NCBI GenBank assembly: GCA_002633005.1
Contig: NMRA01000026.1
Location: 1,384,710 to 1,448,709 of the forward strand
DNA: 64,000 nt
Direction of reading: 5' to 3'
Origin: Phoronis australis
Lineage: Eukaryota > Animalia > Phoronida
The notes beneath the pieces were generated by a model. The model was not told where the DNA came from. It did not search any database and worked only from the letters and a program-made list of their open reading frames with translations. Below, one piece after another: positions 41,076-54,539 of the stretch. Position 1 is the first letter of the stretch; each line of letters starts with the position of its first letter. The position numbers were made by a program, and so were the translations under genes.

Positions 41076-43100
41076 GCACGTTGTGTGTCAATGTAGATGA
41101 TCAGGGTCTATGTCATGAAAAGTGACTTAAAGACTTGAGCCTGAAATTTGGTGTAGTCACTTTCATGACACAGACCTGTGGACTGTTGATTACAGTGTGC
41201 TCATTGTTGAAGGATTCGCTTAAATGAGTCCATGTCATGTCTTGTCACCAGTTATCTCTATTGAAGCCTATGCTTGTCATGGGTGAATGTCAGATGATGG
41301 GAACTGTTATGTCAGTGTTCTTACTGCTGACGTCATCTGCAAAATTTGCAAAAATAAATCGTAGGCTTATCTTTGCACCGACATTACTAGTGAAGACTGA
41401 ATGCATTGTGGCTCAGAGTCACATGATCAGAGTTGTCAATGTCTGTGTTGTTATTTGTTAAAGACACCCACACGATTAGTTTTTTAGTCATTGTTTTTTG
41501 CACGAATACTTCTGCAGAAGTTTGCACTCATTTGTCAATGGTATTTCTGCTTAAGATTCATAGTGATTTATTGTCAGTCTGTCTCTAACTCCACTAGTCA
41601 CTGTTGCCCGTAAGTCTCCTGTTTATGTGTTATCGTTTTCAATGTGTTTGCTCTTATTAAGGAAGTCCTAGATCTATGAAGATCGTTTTCAGCTTAAAAT
41701 AAGTCAACTCGGCCGATCACATTTATCGCTATTTTCCAAAGTGCTCGAACATATTTTTCTCCCTTCCCTCCCTTTTTTCTAAAAAGTTTGTATGTGTTTA
41801 AGAGTGTGTTCACTTTAAACTAACTTTATCTCTGGTGTTTGCCTCTACCCTGGCACTGTAGAATGAACCAAATCATTTTTAAACAATTATCCACTTGTAT
41901 TTTTAGCTGTAAATGCATTAAATTTTGTTGTTTTTTTTTTAACCACCATTTTTACAACATCAAAAGTGTGCAGTGCCCCACACACTCTGACCACTCCTAC
42001 TTAAGAGGTGTGGTTTGTACTCAATATTATGATAACTGGAAACTGACCCGTGTTTGGTGATCCAATGTTTTACTTATAGCTCCAGATTGATTGGAAATCT
42101 GTCCTTCGCACTGTGCATTTAACCTATATAGTAGAAGTTCTAGTAACTGGCCATTGGGATTTTTGCGTTATATTCCTTATTTTTCTGTGAACATTTTGTG
42201 CTTTCAGGTATCTTGTCGTTGGCAATCTAGTCATCATTGTCAAACACTACTGTACTGTCATTTAGCTTCATTCTTGCCTTTGTTCGAATGTAATTGTCGA
42301 TGAATGTCTGTTACAAATTGCATCATTCACATTTGGCAATTTCTTGGCTGTAAGTAATTTTGCTATAAATACAAAGCGCTTATTAAAAATATGCTCTAAA
42401 AGATATCCGATTAATGTCCATGAATGCTCATATAGAAATGCAGTCAAGAATTCATCCCATTTATTGACTTCGGCATGTTAAGTGTCATTTTGAAGCGTCT
42501 CTACTTACGATTTGTATGTGAATTCTTCAGGGCTTGGAATTTTCCTCTTTTAAGAGGATTTCCTCATTTTTGGTTTACGTCCAGTTTTCTCTTTTTTAGT
42601 CATATCATTATTTTGACTGTATTCATGCAAAAACGTTTATTTCACGTAAACTTTACAACAAAGAATATTTCTATCACTCAAGCCTATTTATTTGTGGAAT
42701 GGTACATCATTTTGGAAGAGTTCTTCCTTTTTTGTCATTGGTCATTCCAACCCCTGATAATTTATTTTTGGCCGCTTAATTATAGTTTGTTACTTAAGGC
42801 TACTTTGAACCAATCTTGTACCATTCAGAAACTGGTTATCACCTTCATTTCTCGTGTAAAGTGATTTTTAAAGTTCTGGCTGTGTCTTATTGCTGGGTAA
42901 AGCCCACTATAAACTCAAAATCACTTCTAATTAGATTACAATAAAGCGGCTCAAATCAAAGGCAATTTAATTTTTGACAAAAGGCAAATACATGACAGCT
43001 TTACTATATTAATCAGCAATGCATTCTGGGAATATTTTCTTTACATGGTTTAGTAGGATTTTGTGCTTTATGTGATACAATTGTGATAAATGTAACAATA

Positions 43101-43461
43101 CGGCCGTCCCGGATTACACAGTGGTAGAACTTTTCTTTGTCCTGGAGGTACGAAAGCACATGACCTAGTTTTAGAAATCGGGCACATTTTCGTGTCTCTC
43201 ATTGATGGGAAGGCGAGGAATTTCACATCTCTCATCTCGCATCAGAGTTGCAGGCCACAGCACAGCAGTAATACTTCGTTGGCATTGGAAGGACGAATAA
43301 TGTAATGAAACCGAGAAAAACTTGTAAAGAATTAAACAACAAATAAAATGTGAAACTCAAATGGCACAAAAATGAGGCAGCAAATGTGCCTGATGGATGT
43401 TTACAGCATTGTGGGTAAATACAGTGAGATTCCTGTATCGCTGTGTAATCCGGAACGGCCC
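43101..43461. mobile_element. MITE between the PRPSAP and PALB2 3' ends
   Basis: GGCCGTCCCGGATTACACAG / CTGTGTAATCCGGAACGGCC terminal inverted repeats. Confidence 0.65.
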
Positions 43462-43946
43462 GATTGATAAGAATTTGTTTATTGCAAATAAACTGATTAA
43501 ACCAAAGGCTTATAGCAATGTAACAAAGATACTGCACAATCAATTCACGTCATCAGAATAAGTTGCAGCTTTAGAACCACAGACTAATTTCAAAACACAG
43601 TAATAAAGAACAGTAAGAGTCAACAATTGTTTTATGTGCTTTTTTGATGGCGATGTAATAATGACAAAACGCGTGTGAATACAGATGTGAGCATATTGCA
43701 ACAAAATTATAACTTTGCCGCATCGGCATTCAGTACAATTTATCAACCGGATTAAAGAGAGCTGGTAATTATAATGCAAAAACTCAGCTACTGAATAATA
43801 TCTACATATTTCGCTTTTATAGTCCTCTTAAGGGACAGTTTCAAAAGCAGCGACTTATCCAACCTACGACTTGCATAAGTATAGGCATTGGATGAAGGTG
43901 ACCTCTTGAGCAGAGTTAAGTCTTGCGCGATGATGGTTTAAATGAA

Positions 43947-46900
43947 TTATATTGTGCATGATTTATTGACCTTGGCATGCACGTGTACAGAGCCATCTCT
44001 AGTTCCACACAGCAACACAGGCTTTTTGGGGTGCCAAGATACCGCTGTAAATGATTTACAGCGATTTTCAGCCACAAGGTTTTGTCTTGTTAGGTCCCAA
44101 ATGGCGACGAAGCCTTTTTGTGTGACTGTCGCAACATAGTTCTGGTGTTGAACACTGTTGGAAATTCTGAAAATAAACAACATTGACCAGATTTACGCAT
44201 AATAGCTTTTTAATTCAGATCTATACTTCTGAGCATTTTGTTAGACATTTGCTGTTTTTGTTGCAAACTCTCATGAGTTGATTTCATTCATAATCCATTC
44301 ATAATAGCAACTTATGCTCAGGAAGCAGTTCACGATTGTCGCCACGGACACAAATAAAACAACACATGTTTCTAAAGCGTACATCTAGATTCCATTCCTT
44401 TTCAAGGTGTAGCAGAAAATGTTAAAAGTGAAAATATATAATGCGTTATTTATGCAACAATTGCATCATGTTAGTAGTGTAAATAGCAAACACACATGGA
44501 GAGACCCCAGGTGGCAAAGGCTAAAGATACGGGCTCAAATGCGGCCAAGTTACATGACAACTGTGACGAAAGATCACCCACCAAGAATTATAGTACAGTG
44601 ATAGAGGGAGCATGAATTTTTGTTGAACCCTGACCTCATTGCTAAAGTGAGACATCAGTGGTTCATTAGGAGGGAATACAATGAGTTTGGGATGAAATCA
44701 CCAAAAACATGGTTTAGAGTTTTATCAAAAGCACTTGACTAGAAAAGATAAAATTGTGACACTGACAGAACATTTTCATTAAAGACTGAGTCACTAACAG
44801 GACGGGTTACATAAAATTCATCTCGGGAGCAACACACAAAATGAACACTTACTGTTCATTGTAGATTCCCCCATCCCCATCTCTGCCTCNCCCCCCCCCC
44901 CCTTCCCTCCCTTTCCCATCTCTCTCTCCATTCCTCGTCCCCTTTCTTACCCTTGATGTATCGCCATTCCCCTACATGACTCACCTATCCTGTGAAACAG
45001 CAAACTCATGAAGTAGCACAGAGTTCCCAGTGTTGGGATTGACAACGAGCAGTTTGATAACACTGGGTGTGTTCAGTAGCAAAAAGAAGAGTCCATTTTC
45101 ATGTACAGCACCACCACAATTTGCCATAGAAACGATGTCTGAAGATAACTGAGGTATGGAAGTCAGCAGAACACCCAATTCCCAGTTCCTGAAATATATA
45201 CACACATATGAAGTGGAAAACGAGCTACCTTCTGGTATAAACATCACTGATTATTTACATACTTAGCTCTTGATATGGCTTATTAATTCTATAGCATGCA
45301 GTAATATTCTTTGGATAATAAAGGAATAGCTGACCTACACACAATTTTGGTTTCAGTTAAGCAGGTGGCAGAAGATTGAACAAAAATGGAAATAAAAAGT
45401 GTACGGTAGTCTCTTCCATCATTGACAGAAAATGTTTTCATGATGATTGTATTAAACTCAAAGCTATGCCCATTATTGCAAGATAATTGTAAAGATGAGT
45501 TGTAACAACAGCTGTACATTACAGTAATACACCTGGTCCTTATTAATGGTCCAATAAACACAAGCCTCTTATAATTAATAAACTTTTGATTTAGATCACT
45601 TGCTATTACAAAACATCACAGATATGTTATTTCTTACTCAGGTTGGAAATAATTTCCAGGACTGAGAAGAACTGATAGGTCGTTATTACTTCAGACCGGG
45701 TCCATTAACGCTTATTCAATGGACTATGATAAGCTGCAGCTGGGAGCAGTAGGAGAGTGTACTCACCCCAGGACACTTGTGATTTTCATTCAGAAATTGT
45801 GAGAGCCCTGGATGTTGTATAGATATGTGAGCATGTGCATCCCATAGGTTACACTTTCCTTTATGTTTCTCTGATTTAAACCATATGGCTGTGATTACTA
45901 GTTTGAGAGATATTGACAGATTTATGTAAGTGTAGACCCATAGTTTCATTATATGGCTGGAGCCCGACATGGGAGGATGACTGTGGATAAGTTTATTTTC
46001 ACTATGATGAAGATGTACATACGGTGAAAATCAACAACTTTTATGTTGGCTTCTTTTCTGTGAAATTAACATTTCCAATTTAAAATTGTTAGATCATTTC
46101 TCTGGGTGACAGCTTAGTGTACAGCAGTAGTGGTGACCTATTTAGCTCAGCACACAGGGAACGTAGTCTGAATAGAGGCTCAGCAGGATAAGGGTTAAGT
46201 TGGTAGTCATGGCAGTTTAGATCTAGTAGCCAAGGCAGTATGGTCGTCTGGGGAATTCTGTGCATCTCATGGTAATAGCCTGATATAACATGCCCACATT
46301 TTGAGAACCAGATTTTTCCACTAATTAACTGATTCTCAAAATGCAGGCACATTACATCAGACTATTGCCCACTTTATAGTAACCGATTCAATTCAATTCA
46401 AACATAGCTTCGGAAGAACAGATAACAGAGAAAGTTGATGTTTTCTACATGACAACAAGGTTTATAGCAGCTATAAGTATGCTTTCTTCATAAGTCAAGG
46501 CAGCTGCAGACTGTATACAAATACGCAATACACCAAGTAACCTATGACAGTGCAAAAAACAGTCATAAACCAAACAATGAAATTTCTTTGAAGTTGATAA
46601 GATGATGATCATTAAGACGTCAATCACAAAATGCAAACCAAAAATTAAAATGGTTCTATCAACTTTTTTTGTTTTGCAACCAATGTTTGTAATTGCAATT
46701 GCATTGTAAACCTTGCTTGGTTGAGAACATTACTATTGCCAATTCATCTAACAATGCAGTACTAAAAAGTATTGAATCTCACAATTGTCAACCTTAATGA
46801 AATCCTTTCCAATTTCATCAAGAAGCATTTTAGCTCTTCATTCAAGTATATAATTTCAGAATCTTAGATAACTGAAAACTCTAAAAAATACCTCGAAATG

Positions 46901-49900
46901 TACACAATTGCAATTTGTATTCAAGTTATTACAATCCATTCATTCATTTCTCATCACAGAAGTCCAAATTACCCTAACTTCATCAGACAAATATTGTTTT
47001 TGTGAAATCGGAATGAATGCTAGATTTATCTTTTAATCATTGTATAAGAAAACATGCAATATTTTTTAGAGTGGTGTATAGCAACAGAGATATGTTGAAG
47101 CTCATGCTTACCAGATGTGTACAGACCGTTTGGATACACCAACTAAGGCAAGTTTCAGATGTTTCACAGTGGACATGCCCACCAACCCATCAGGAGCCCC
47201 TTGCAGTTGACTGGTGTCATCAAAGCAAGTGTAGTCCTGGCGAACAACATGCCTCTGTAGCTGGGTAGAGTTTGGCATTACCATAGCAACGAGGATAGAC
47301 CAGGGATTCACTACACAAGTCAGATGTCTTCCACCACTGAAAGAAGAAAACAAATAAACCTGTTTTTCACATGCATTTAATAGCAAATATTGTATACAAA
47401 CATTCAAGGGTCATAGGCCTATACGTGAAGCTGCGCCTATATCAGAGTTAGGCACATACACAAATATGTGAGACATTTTAGAAAAACAAAGGGGTAAATT
47501 TTCAATGTAGCATGTGAATGATGCTTGATTTATGCAAATACACAACAGCAAATAATGTGTATTCAGTTAACATTAACTATCTGAATGAAAGGAACAGAGA
47601 ATAGACACAAACAACACAGAACAAAATGCCCAGTTTACAACATGTTCATACACAAGAGCAACGTGGAGCGTTGAAATGCGCCCACAATTGCACCGCATAC
47701 GGTATCCTTCTAGGGTTGTTTATTGGTACCATAAAGTGACCAGTAGAGGGCATACTTTGCAAAATGGAAAGGCATGGTCATTGTCTCCTCAATAGGCTAG
47801 GGGCAAAATGTGAGTAATCTTCATAATACAAGCACATCCTATACACCAGTTGCTTAAAGCACCACAGAAACATAGAATTAAAAACAAATTTACCAACATA
47901 CGAGATTAGCACAGCATTAGAATGCCAGAAACAAATTTCTACTTGGAACTTTTCCTTCACAGTCACGAAGTAACACAAAGTATACACCTGAAGACCTATG
48001 AAAATACAGAGGTCAATGTAAAATACTAAAATTGCCACTAGAGGCAAATACTAAAATTGCCACTAGAGGCATACCGGTAATCAGAATCATCCTAAAGTCG
48101 TCATCGTCCGTTGTCAACATCACATAAATACACTTGCTAAATTTAGTAAAGATCCTGCAAACGGTTTGGGAGATACAGCCATGGGCGCAAAAAAACAAAA
48201 CTGCCACTAGGAGGCGCCACAGTAGTCCAAATCGTCTGAAAATCATTGTCAGCTGTCTTCCTTATAGTAAGCACATACACGCCAATTTTCACAATCATCC
48301 TTTGAGCGGTTTGGTTGATAGAGGGGTGGACGCAAAAATACAGACTCGAAAACAGTAAAAATGGCCACTAGGTGGCGCAAACTACGTCGAATCCATCTGA
48401 AAACAGTAGGATAGCGTCATCTCACTAATAGGTGCCTACATACCAAATTTCATGAAAATCCGTTCAGGACTTTTGAAGATACAAAGGTAAGCGTAAAAAA
48501 CTAAAATTGCCACTAGGGGGCACACCGGTAGTCGGATCCGTCCGAAAGTTCGCACATGCCGTCCCATTCATGAAAGGAACATATGTGCCAAATTTCATGA
48601 ACGTATGTCAAAGGGTTTTGGAGATAGAGCAGCGGACGCCGGACGCCGGACGGACGCCGCCCGAACGGACGGACGGACGGACAGAGATGACGGCATAATG
48701 CGTCCACATATAAATATGTGGGCGCATAATAAAGGACAAACGCTGATGGCAACAGGTGGGACATATGTGCATGCACTATGTCAAGTCTCAGATATAGATG
48801 CGTGGGACTGTATATATGTCCATATGAGGTACATTTGAAATAGAGCACCATTGATAATGTTTAAGGCTGCACAAACAATTTAAAGCAACTGAACACGTAC
48901 ACTGAAATCTACTGTATTCTCCCCTTCTCACATTGCTAGTCATTTTATGCGTTGAATGTAGTATGGCTGGAAATGAGCAGGTTCTGTGACTAAACACTCG
49001 AAGGAGCTACTAGTTGGTGTCTTCAAAAGGGTAAAGTGGTTTAAATAAAAAGTTTGTCACAGGAGGCCCGGATGTTGGAGCTTCAATGACTGTAAATGTT
49101 AGGAACTGATCAGAGGACAATTAAGGCTTATAGCCAGAATCATACTGTACAACGTCACGGCAAAAAATTATTCCAAACCTTGAGTGACCAAACACAGGCA
49201 CTAGGTGAACTTTGTCTCTGAACACCAACAGGTTGACAGGGCTGAGACTGAACTCCCCATAAAGCACCAGGGTCAGACAAGGAGTATGGCAATCACTGAG
49301 AATCTTGACATCAACCAGAAACTCATTCTGAAATGATCAATGGGAAAGATGTCAGTTTTGTTCAGCCATTTTAGTGCAGACATGCCCATTATTTATAACA
49401 GATACTGTGACTACTAAAATTAAGACAAAAATACAGAGATTGGCTGTAATCTTTAAAGAACTGGTAAAAAATCAGACAACTTATGTACAACGTGATCTTC
49501 GGCACATGCTCCCAGTTCAAATGTTCATTTTACAGCTAGCAACTTTCTGTTGCCATTTTCCCCCACAGTTTCTATTGTGACCTGCAGGTCACCATTGCCA
49601 GCTTTAGATGTATTCAGCCACCAACCTTTCGACACATCCATGCCTGTGCCGCCCGTTCACACCATGCATCAGAGTCAGATCGACTGTAGTACCACACCTT
49701 GACACCAGCACGCGTGCAGCCAACCACAACCTCACACTGATCGCCTTGCCACAGCACAGTGGAACAGAGAACACAGAGGACAGGGTGAGTGGGATTCTTG
49801 TTAACCTAACGAATGAAGACCAAGAGGTGACATCTATTGTTAGGACAATTAGACAATTGTGGACATTTCAAGTACACATTAGGACAGTGCATAGAAGATG

Positions 49901-52900
49901 ATATGTAACCAACACTGTGCAATCAATTTTTGATTAAAAGTGAAACTTGATAAAGACTGGTTATTAGAAACTTACAGTCCTATCCAATGCCATTTTAAAA
50001 ACCATGATTGTTTTTGGTCATATTTCAGATTGGAATCCTTCATTTATATTTTTCAATGCTGCTAGTGAGCATTACTAAATACACATGACAAAATCATGGA
50101 CCAATCTGAGTTCATGGATTGCACCAATGGGAAAACTCATCGCTACAAACTTGATTTTTCTGAGTTTGAATTTTGTGACATCGGTTTGATGTAATTAGCA
50201 ATGTGTGAGGCTTTAAGACATCGAACACCTGAAAGAATAACACACCTAATGCCTTGGTCACATATCAGGCGATGCTCGTCCGATCGCGCTGGTCGAGTTT
50301 AATTCCAATACCTAGCATGATCAAGCAATTTTTTCATCGCATCAATAGTTACTTAGTGATTGTCGATTTGGGACGCTAACATTCAGTCAGCACTTCCAAT
50401 AAACGCTCCGACTGTCTGCCCACATGACTACAATCTCATCAGATCTACGTTGATTGCTTTAAGCAGTCAACATAAAAACAAGGCATGCATACGTAGTACA
50501 GAACTCATCGAATTAATGACACATGAAACAATAGTTAGCTTGAAGTTGCTGATCAGTACGTACTTGAACAGTTTTACACCAGCTCAAGTCTGACAGCAAC
50601 ACTCTCTTGTCACTATCATCATCATCTAGTTCCAAGTTGTCCAGAGTGTCATTTCCAAAGTCCATTTGTGTCCACTCTGGACTAGTGTCTGCAGTGGTCT
50701 GAAAAGGTAAGAGTTCATAGTCAGTGAGACTACACTGATGAGAGTCATAAAGTAATGCATTGCAAAAGTGGTTGTGAAACTAGCCTGCTTAGCTGTGAAC
50801 TGTTTTATTGAAGGTGTAAGTTCACTGCAACTAAAAACTGTATTTAAGTGATATTTTAGAACTGAGTACAGCTTTTTGACTAAAACATGACTGAGAAAGT
50901 AAGTCATTAACACTATTTCTACAAAACAGACAAACATACATAGAATCATGTGGATCAGCACAGCAGTACTACTAAGCAAGTACTGTTCTGCTTTTGAGAT
51001 ATTTACAAGTCATTACGATAAAGTATAATATAATATATATCCACCTGAAGAGTTGAAAACAAAAAACACAGGGAAAATTCACAGTATGCAAAACACTTTT
51101 GCAAACAACATTTTGAAATGCCATGGTGTGAAGCAATTTACACAACAACAACATTGTTATCATACAGCGTACTCACATCATTCACTGTTCCCTTTCCCTC
51201 CACAGAGTTGGATGGACAGTTCTCAATCTGTTTTCTTGCGACTGAACAAATACTGCTAGAGTCTACACTTTTTACATCGCCCTGTGCTACAGAGTGATCC
51301 TTTGACATTTGGTCACTAACTGCAGTACCACCCAATGTCTTTGCTCGTCCATCACAGGCTTGGTCCATTTCACTTACACACTCCTTATGACTTAACAGCA
51401 CATCATCAGATACCTCATCATCCCAACATTCATGCCCAGCTTGTGAACTTGGTGGATTTTCACACACCCGTTCACTATCAGACATCAATTGTTTCATGCC
51501 AGATGGTTCAACCAACACAATCTGATCAGGGTTGGATGTACAACCATCAATTTGCATTTCAACTTTTATGTTTCCCCACGCAGGGTTGCCTTGAAAAGCT
51601 GATGACATAACAGTACTTTTCAATGTTTGATTTTCATCATCACCCTGATGAGTGCCTTTTATGAAGGCTAGTTGGTCATCACAAATCCCATCATCCCACA
51701 AATGCGAATCAGTTTTCAACAGACTTTCACTAACATCAGTGCAAACTGACATAGAATGGTTCACATCTTTTCCCACTGTTTTCTCTGATGACAACTTGCT
51801 CACACATGGATTATTAGTATTACTCGCAAAAGTGAACTGTGCACTTTTTCTTTCATTACAGCTCTCGTTAACTTTTCCAGCTGAATGACACAATGCAGTA
51901 CTAGAACTATTTTCAACCATGTGACTACTCACATGAGACTGCACTTCCTGAAATCCCACAGATTGATTATTAGCTTTTTCTGTAGCAACATCGTTTGAAA
52001 GCTTTTCAGTTCTTTGAAGGAGTAGCTGATCATCTGAAATATCATCATCCCAATCCATCACATCTGCTTGTAAGCGTGATCGTTTTTCAATATCGACATT
52101 GTAAATATGCACTGTCGACAGATTATGTTCAAATTCAATTACTTTAACAGCATGTTGCTCACTACCGTCCCCTACATCTGTACCTCTCCCCTTCTGACTA
52201 CCAGAATCAGGTACACAGCTAACACCCAGACTGACTTCAGAAGGAACACCATCACTGGCGTCTCCTCTTAAGCTAGGAGTTTCAACACCAATGTCACCCT
52301 TGTCATTATTATCTTTTACAACAGGTGTCTCTGCCACTCCACAGCTACCTTGCTCTAGAGCAGCCTGCTTTTCAATGCAGCAGCCATCAAGTTCAGCCAA
52401 GCTATTAAAGAAATTTGAATTCTTGTTCACGTCAAGCTCACACTGGACTTGGTCAGGTGTCATAGTCGAAGGGCATATATCTGACTTGTCCTCAACCACA
52501 GTTTCTGGCTCATCATTGACAGTAGTGGTTCTTGGGTCCAACTGTTCTAATTTGAAGGACACACTGCGACTGCACGTCTTAAAGATTGCATCAGCACCAG
52601 ACCTGTCCTTATCCTTCCTTGCAGGAGATACGTCAAAATTTTCATGTTTAGCTTGTTCTCTCAGCTTCTGTTTGACATGTGCCTTGATTCCTGCTGCCTT
52701 GTTGGAGCGCTAAAAGTAGCACAAAACAGTATCGGCAAAGATTAATCTCTGGCAAAAAAGGTTGCAGTGGTCTTATGCCTAAACTGCACGAGTAAACAAA
52801 CTTGGGTCCACTACACAGAAAACTCTGTTAATCTCTGACACAGACATTATTGCAATTAGTCATCATGATTCATAGCTGTCATCTTGTCTAAAAGGTAGCT

Positions 52901-53469
52901 ACAGGAGGTTAAGTGTGACACAGTGTTAAATACTGTGATCAAACTTTGACGTGAAATGCACTACTGTAACACTCAGTAACTGAAAAACAAATAGTGAGAG
53001 AGTTCCTCAAATCCAGACATTGGGTGCTTCTATCACAAAACCATTGTCTAAATTAGCACAAGTAATTCACCAACTAATAGAATGAGAACAGTTTTTAAAA
53101 ATATCAGTCTGGCCAATTCTTGTCTTTTCTCCACCATAACGCAGGCTGAAAAACAGGCGAAACATTTAACATACTTCAAAGCATCACTATTGAACTGATC
53201 GCCAATGCAATACTTGCTCTGATCCACACAAAAGGAACTTAGATCGTTGTTCAGGATATTAGCGGTTCTTGTATGTCACTGTTAACAAAATAAAGGGCAA
53301 AGCGGAAAAGGCTGGGATTCTCAAGCCATCCAGCAGTTTTTCTATTGGATTGTTACTAAACATACCATTACAGTTACAAAAAAAGGTATGCAACACAATC
53401 CCAACAAACCTCCAATTTCCTCTTTGTTTTTGCATGTTCCCTCTGTAGATCCTCCAGCTGTTTTCTTAT
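43947..53469 (-). CDS. PALB2: Partner and localizer of BRCA2 orthologue, at least 901 aa, start codon not located; exons 53410-53469, 51177-52709, 50564-50698, 49626-49805, 49179-49327, 47112-47336, 44985-45188, 43947-44166
   Basis: A 60-nt phase-0 exon IRKQLEDLQREHAKTKRKLE followed by RSNKAAGIKAHVKQKLREQ mirrors the human coiled coil [39 protein letters not shown], including the intron position. C-terminal WD40 exons align by eye to human PALB2 (NPTHPVLC..W..CEVVVGC..VKVW; ALVGVSKRSVHIW|NWELG; ENGLFFLLL..IKLLVVNPNTG; GFVAIWDL..FTAVSWHPKKPVLLCGTRDGSVHVH). Exons sum to 2706 nt in frame with a TAA stop. Confidence 0.88.
46270..46370. mobile_element. Second copy of the 110-bp hairpin MITE, in a PALB2 intron
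   Basis: CTGATATAACATGCCCACATTTTGAGAACCAG ... CTGATTCTCAAAATGCAGGCACATTACATCAG. Confidence 0.7.
47652..48730 (+). mobile_element. Helentron-associated (HINE/DINE-like) element in a PALB2 intron
   Basis: ACAAGAG..ATGCGCCCACA start, (CGGA)n microsatellite at about 48630-48682, terminal hairpin ATGCGTCCACATAT-AA-ATATGTGGGCGCAT; same core as 29074-30730. Confidence 0.78.
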
Positions 53470-54539
53470 CTGGCAAATAGAGAAATGAAGTTGAATGTAA
53501 ACACCACATTAATATAAAAGCAAATTGTGTAATTGCTGTCATTGAACATACAAGCTGGTAATGGAAATTATATAAACAAAATGATTGTTATGTTTTTGAA
53601 AAGTTTGCTTGCCGCAAGAACAGAAGGCCACTGCATGGACAGACACCTGTGTATTCAATATGCATTTGGCAACAGTTCTGGTATAATCTAGCTTGGCGTT
53701 ATGCAACTTCCATGCGGTGTTTTGAATTTCCATTTGTTTCGCTTGCAAATAGTCAATTGCTCTTTGGCCAATTGGATTGCACGCCAGCAAACAATGTTCA
53801 ACACCGGCTGTAGGAAGGTGGATTTTTCTACACGCTGACTAGCTGATAAGTCAGAGTGCACAATTGGTCGAAATGTAATAATTCGTCTCTATACTTACTA
53901 AGACCACTCCACATTATTATTTATAATCATCACTGATAACATCTATAGTAATGGTGGTTTGCTAGATTATTGCATGTGGAGCCCCTCAATGTGACCTGTG
54001 CCTATGTCAATATTAGATAAAATAAACGCTAAATGGGTGTCTATTTTTTAATATAGTGTCCATTATTGCTAACCAGTTACTCGTCAGGTAGTTTTTATAT
54101 GTGCTTTTAAGCACATATAAAGCTAAATGCCGTAGCACCAGCATTAAAATGCTGGTGCTACGGCATTTAGCCTACTGAAATGATTGATTGTAACAATCTA
54201 TGCTTCAAACAATTGGTCAAAAGTTCTGCTTCTAACCTTGATTGTGTAGTAAAAAGAATAAATTTTTGTATTACCATCTGAGCAAAGGTTAAATTTGTTT
54301 TGAAAAAATCATATCATGGCCTGCAGAACTGTGCTAAAGAAAATGAAGGACTTCAAAGTTAAATTTGGGAATGGCCTCTGAAACGAATCATTACCACAAC
54401 CACAACCACAAAAACACTTTAATACTCTCTGAAAGTCTCCCATTCACAAGTAAAGCACCTCTGTGGTTCATATTCACAACAACGAGCCACATGTCTAATC
54501 GGTACAAGCAGTGCCAGCTGTTAGCGGTAAAGTGGATAC

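Noticed and set aside
41102-41178. SECIS element in the PRPSAP 3'UTR
   Set aside because: The CDS has no in-frame TGA and ends in TAA; the stem is Watson-Crick paired through ATGA rather than forming the GA quartet.
42475-42864. 129-aa hydrophobic ORF downstream of PRPSAP
   Set aside because: Phe/Leu/Ile-rich composition is expected from T-rich UTR or intergenic DNA; no recognisable homology.
45716-45970. Minus-strand ORF inside PALB2 as an extra WD40 exon
   Set aside because: Flanking exons join in phase at IW|NW without it, matching the human junction; no recognisable similarity.
51138-52562. 474-aa ORF as a standalone gene
   Set aside because: It begins at a GTG inside a larger exon with an acceptor at 52710 and a donor at 51176; it is the central PALB2 exon.
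53539-53790. ORF containing KLHNAKLDYTRTVAK, superficially like the PALB2 coiled coil
   Set aside because: No suitable splice sites were found, and a better 60-nt exon with proper acceptor, donor and phase exists at 53410-53469.
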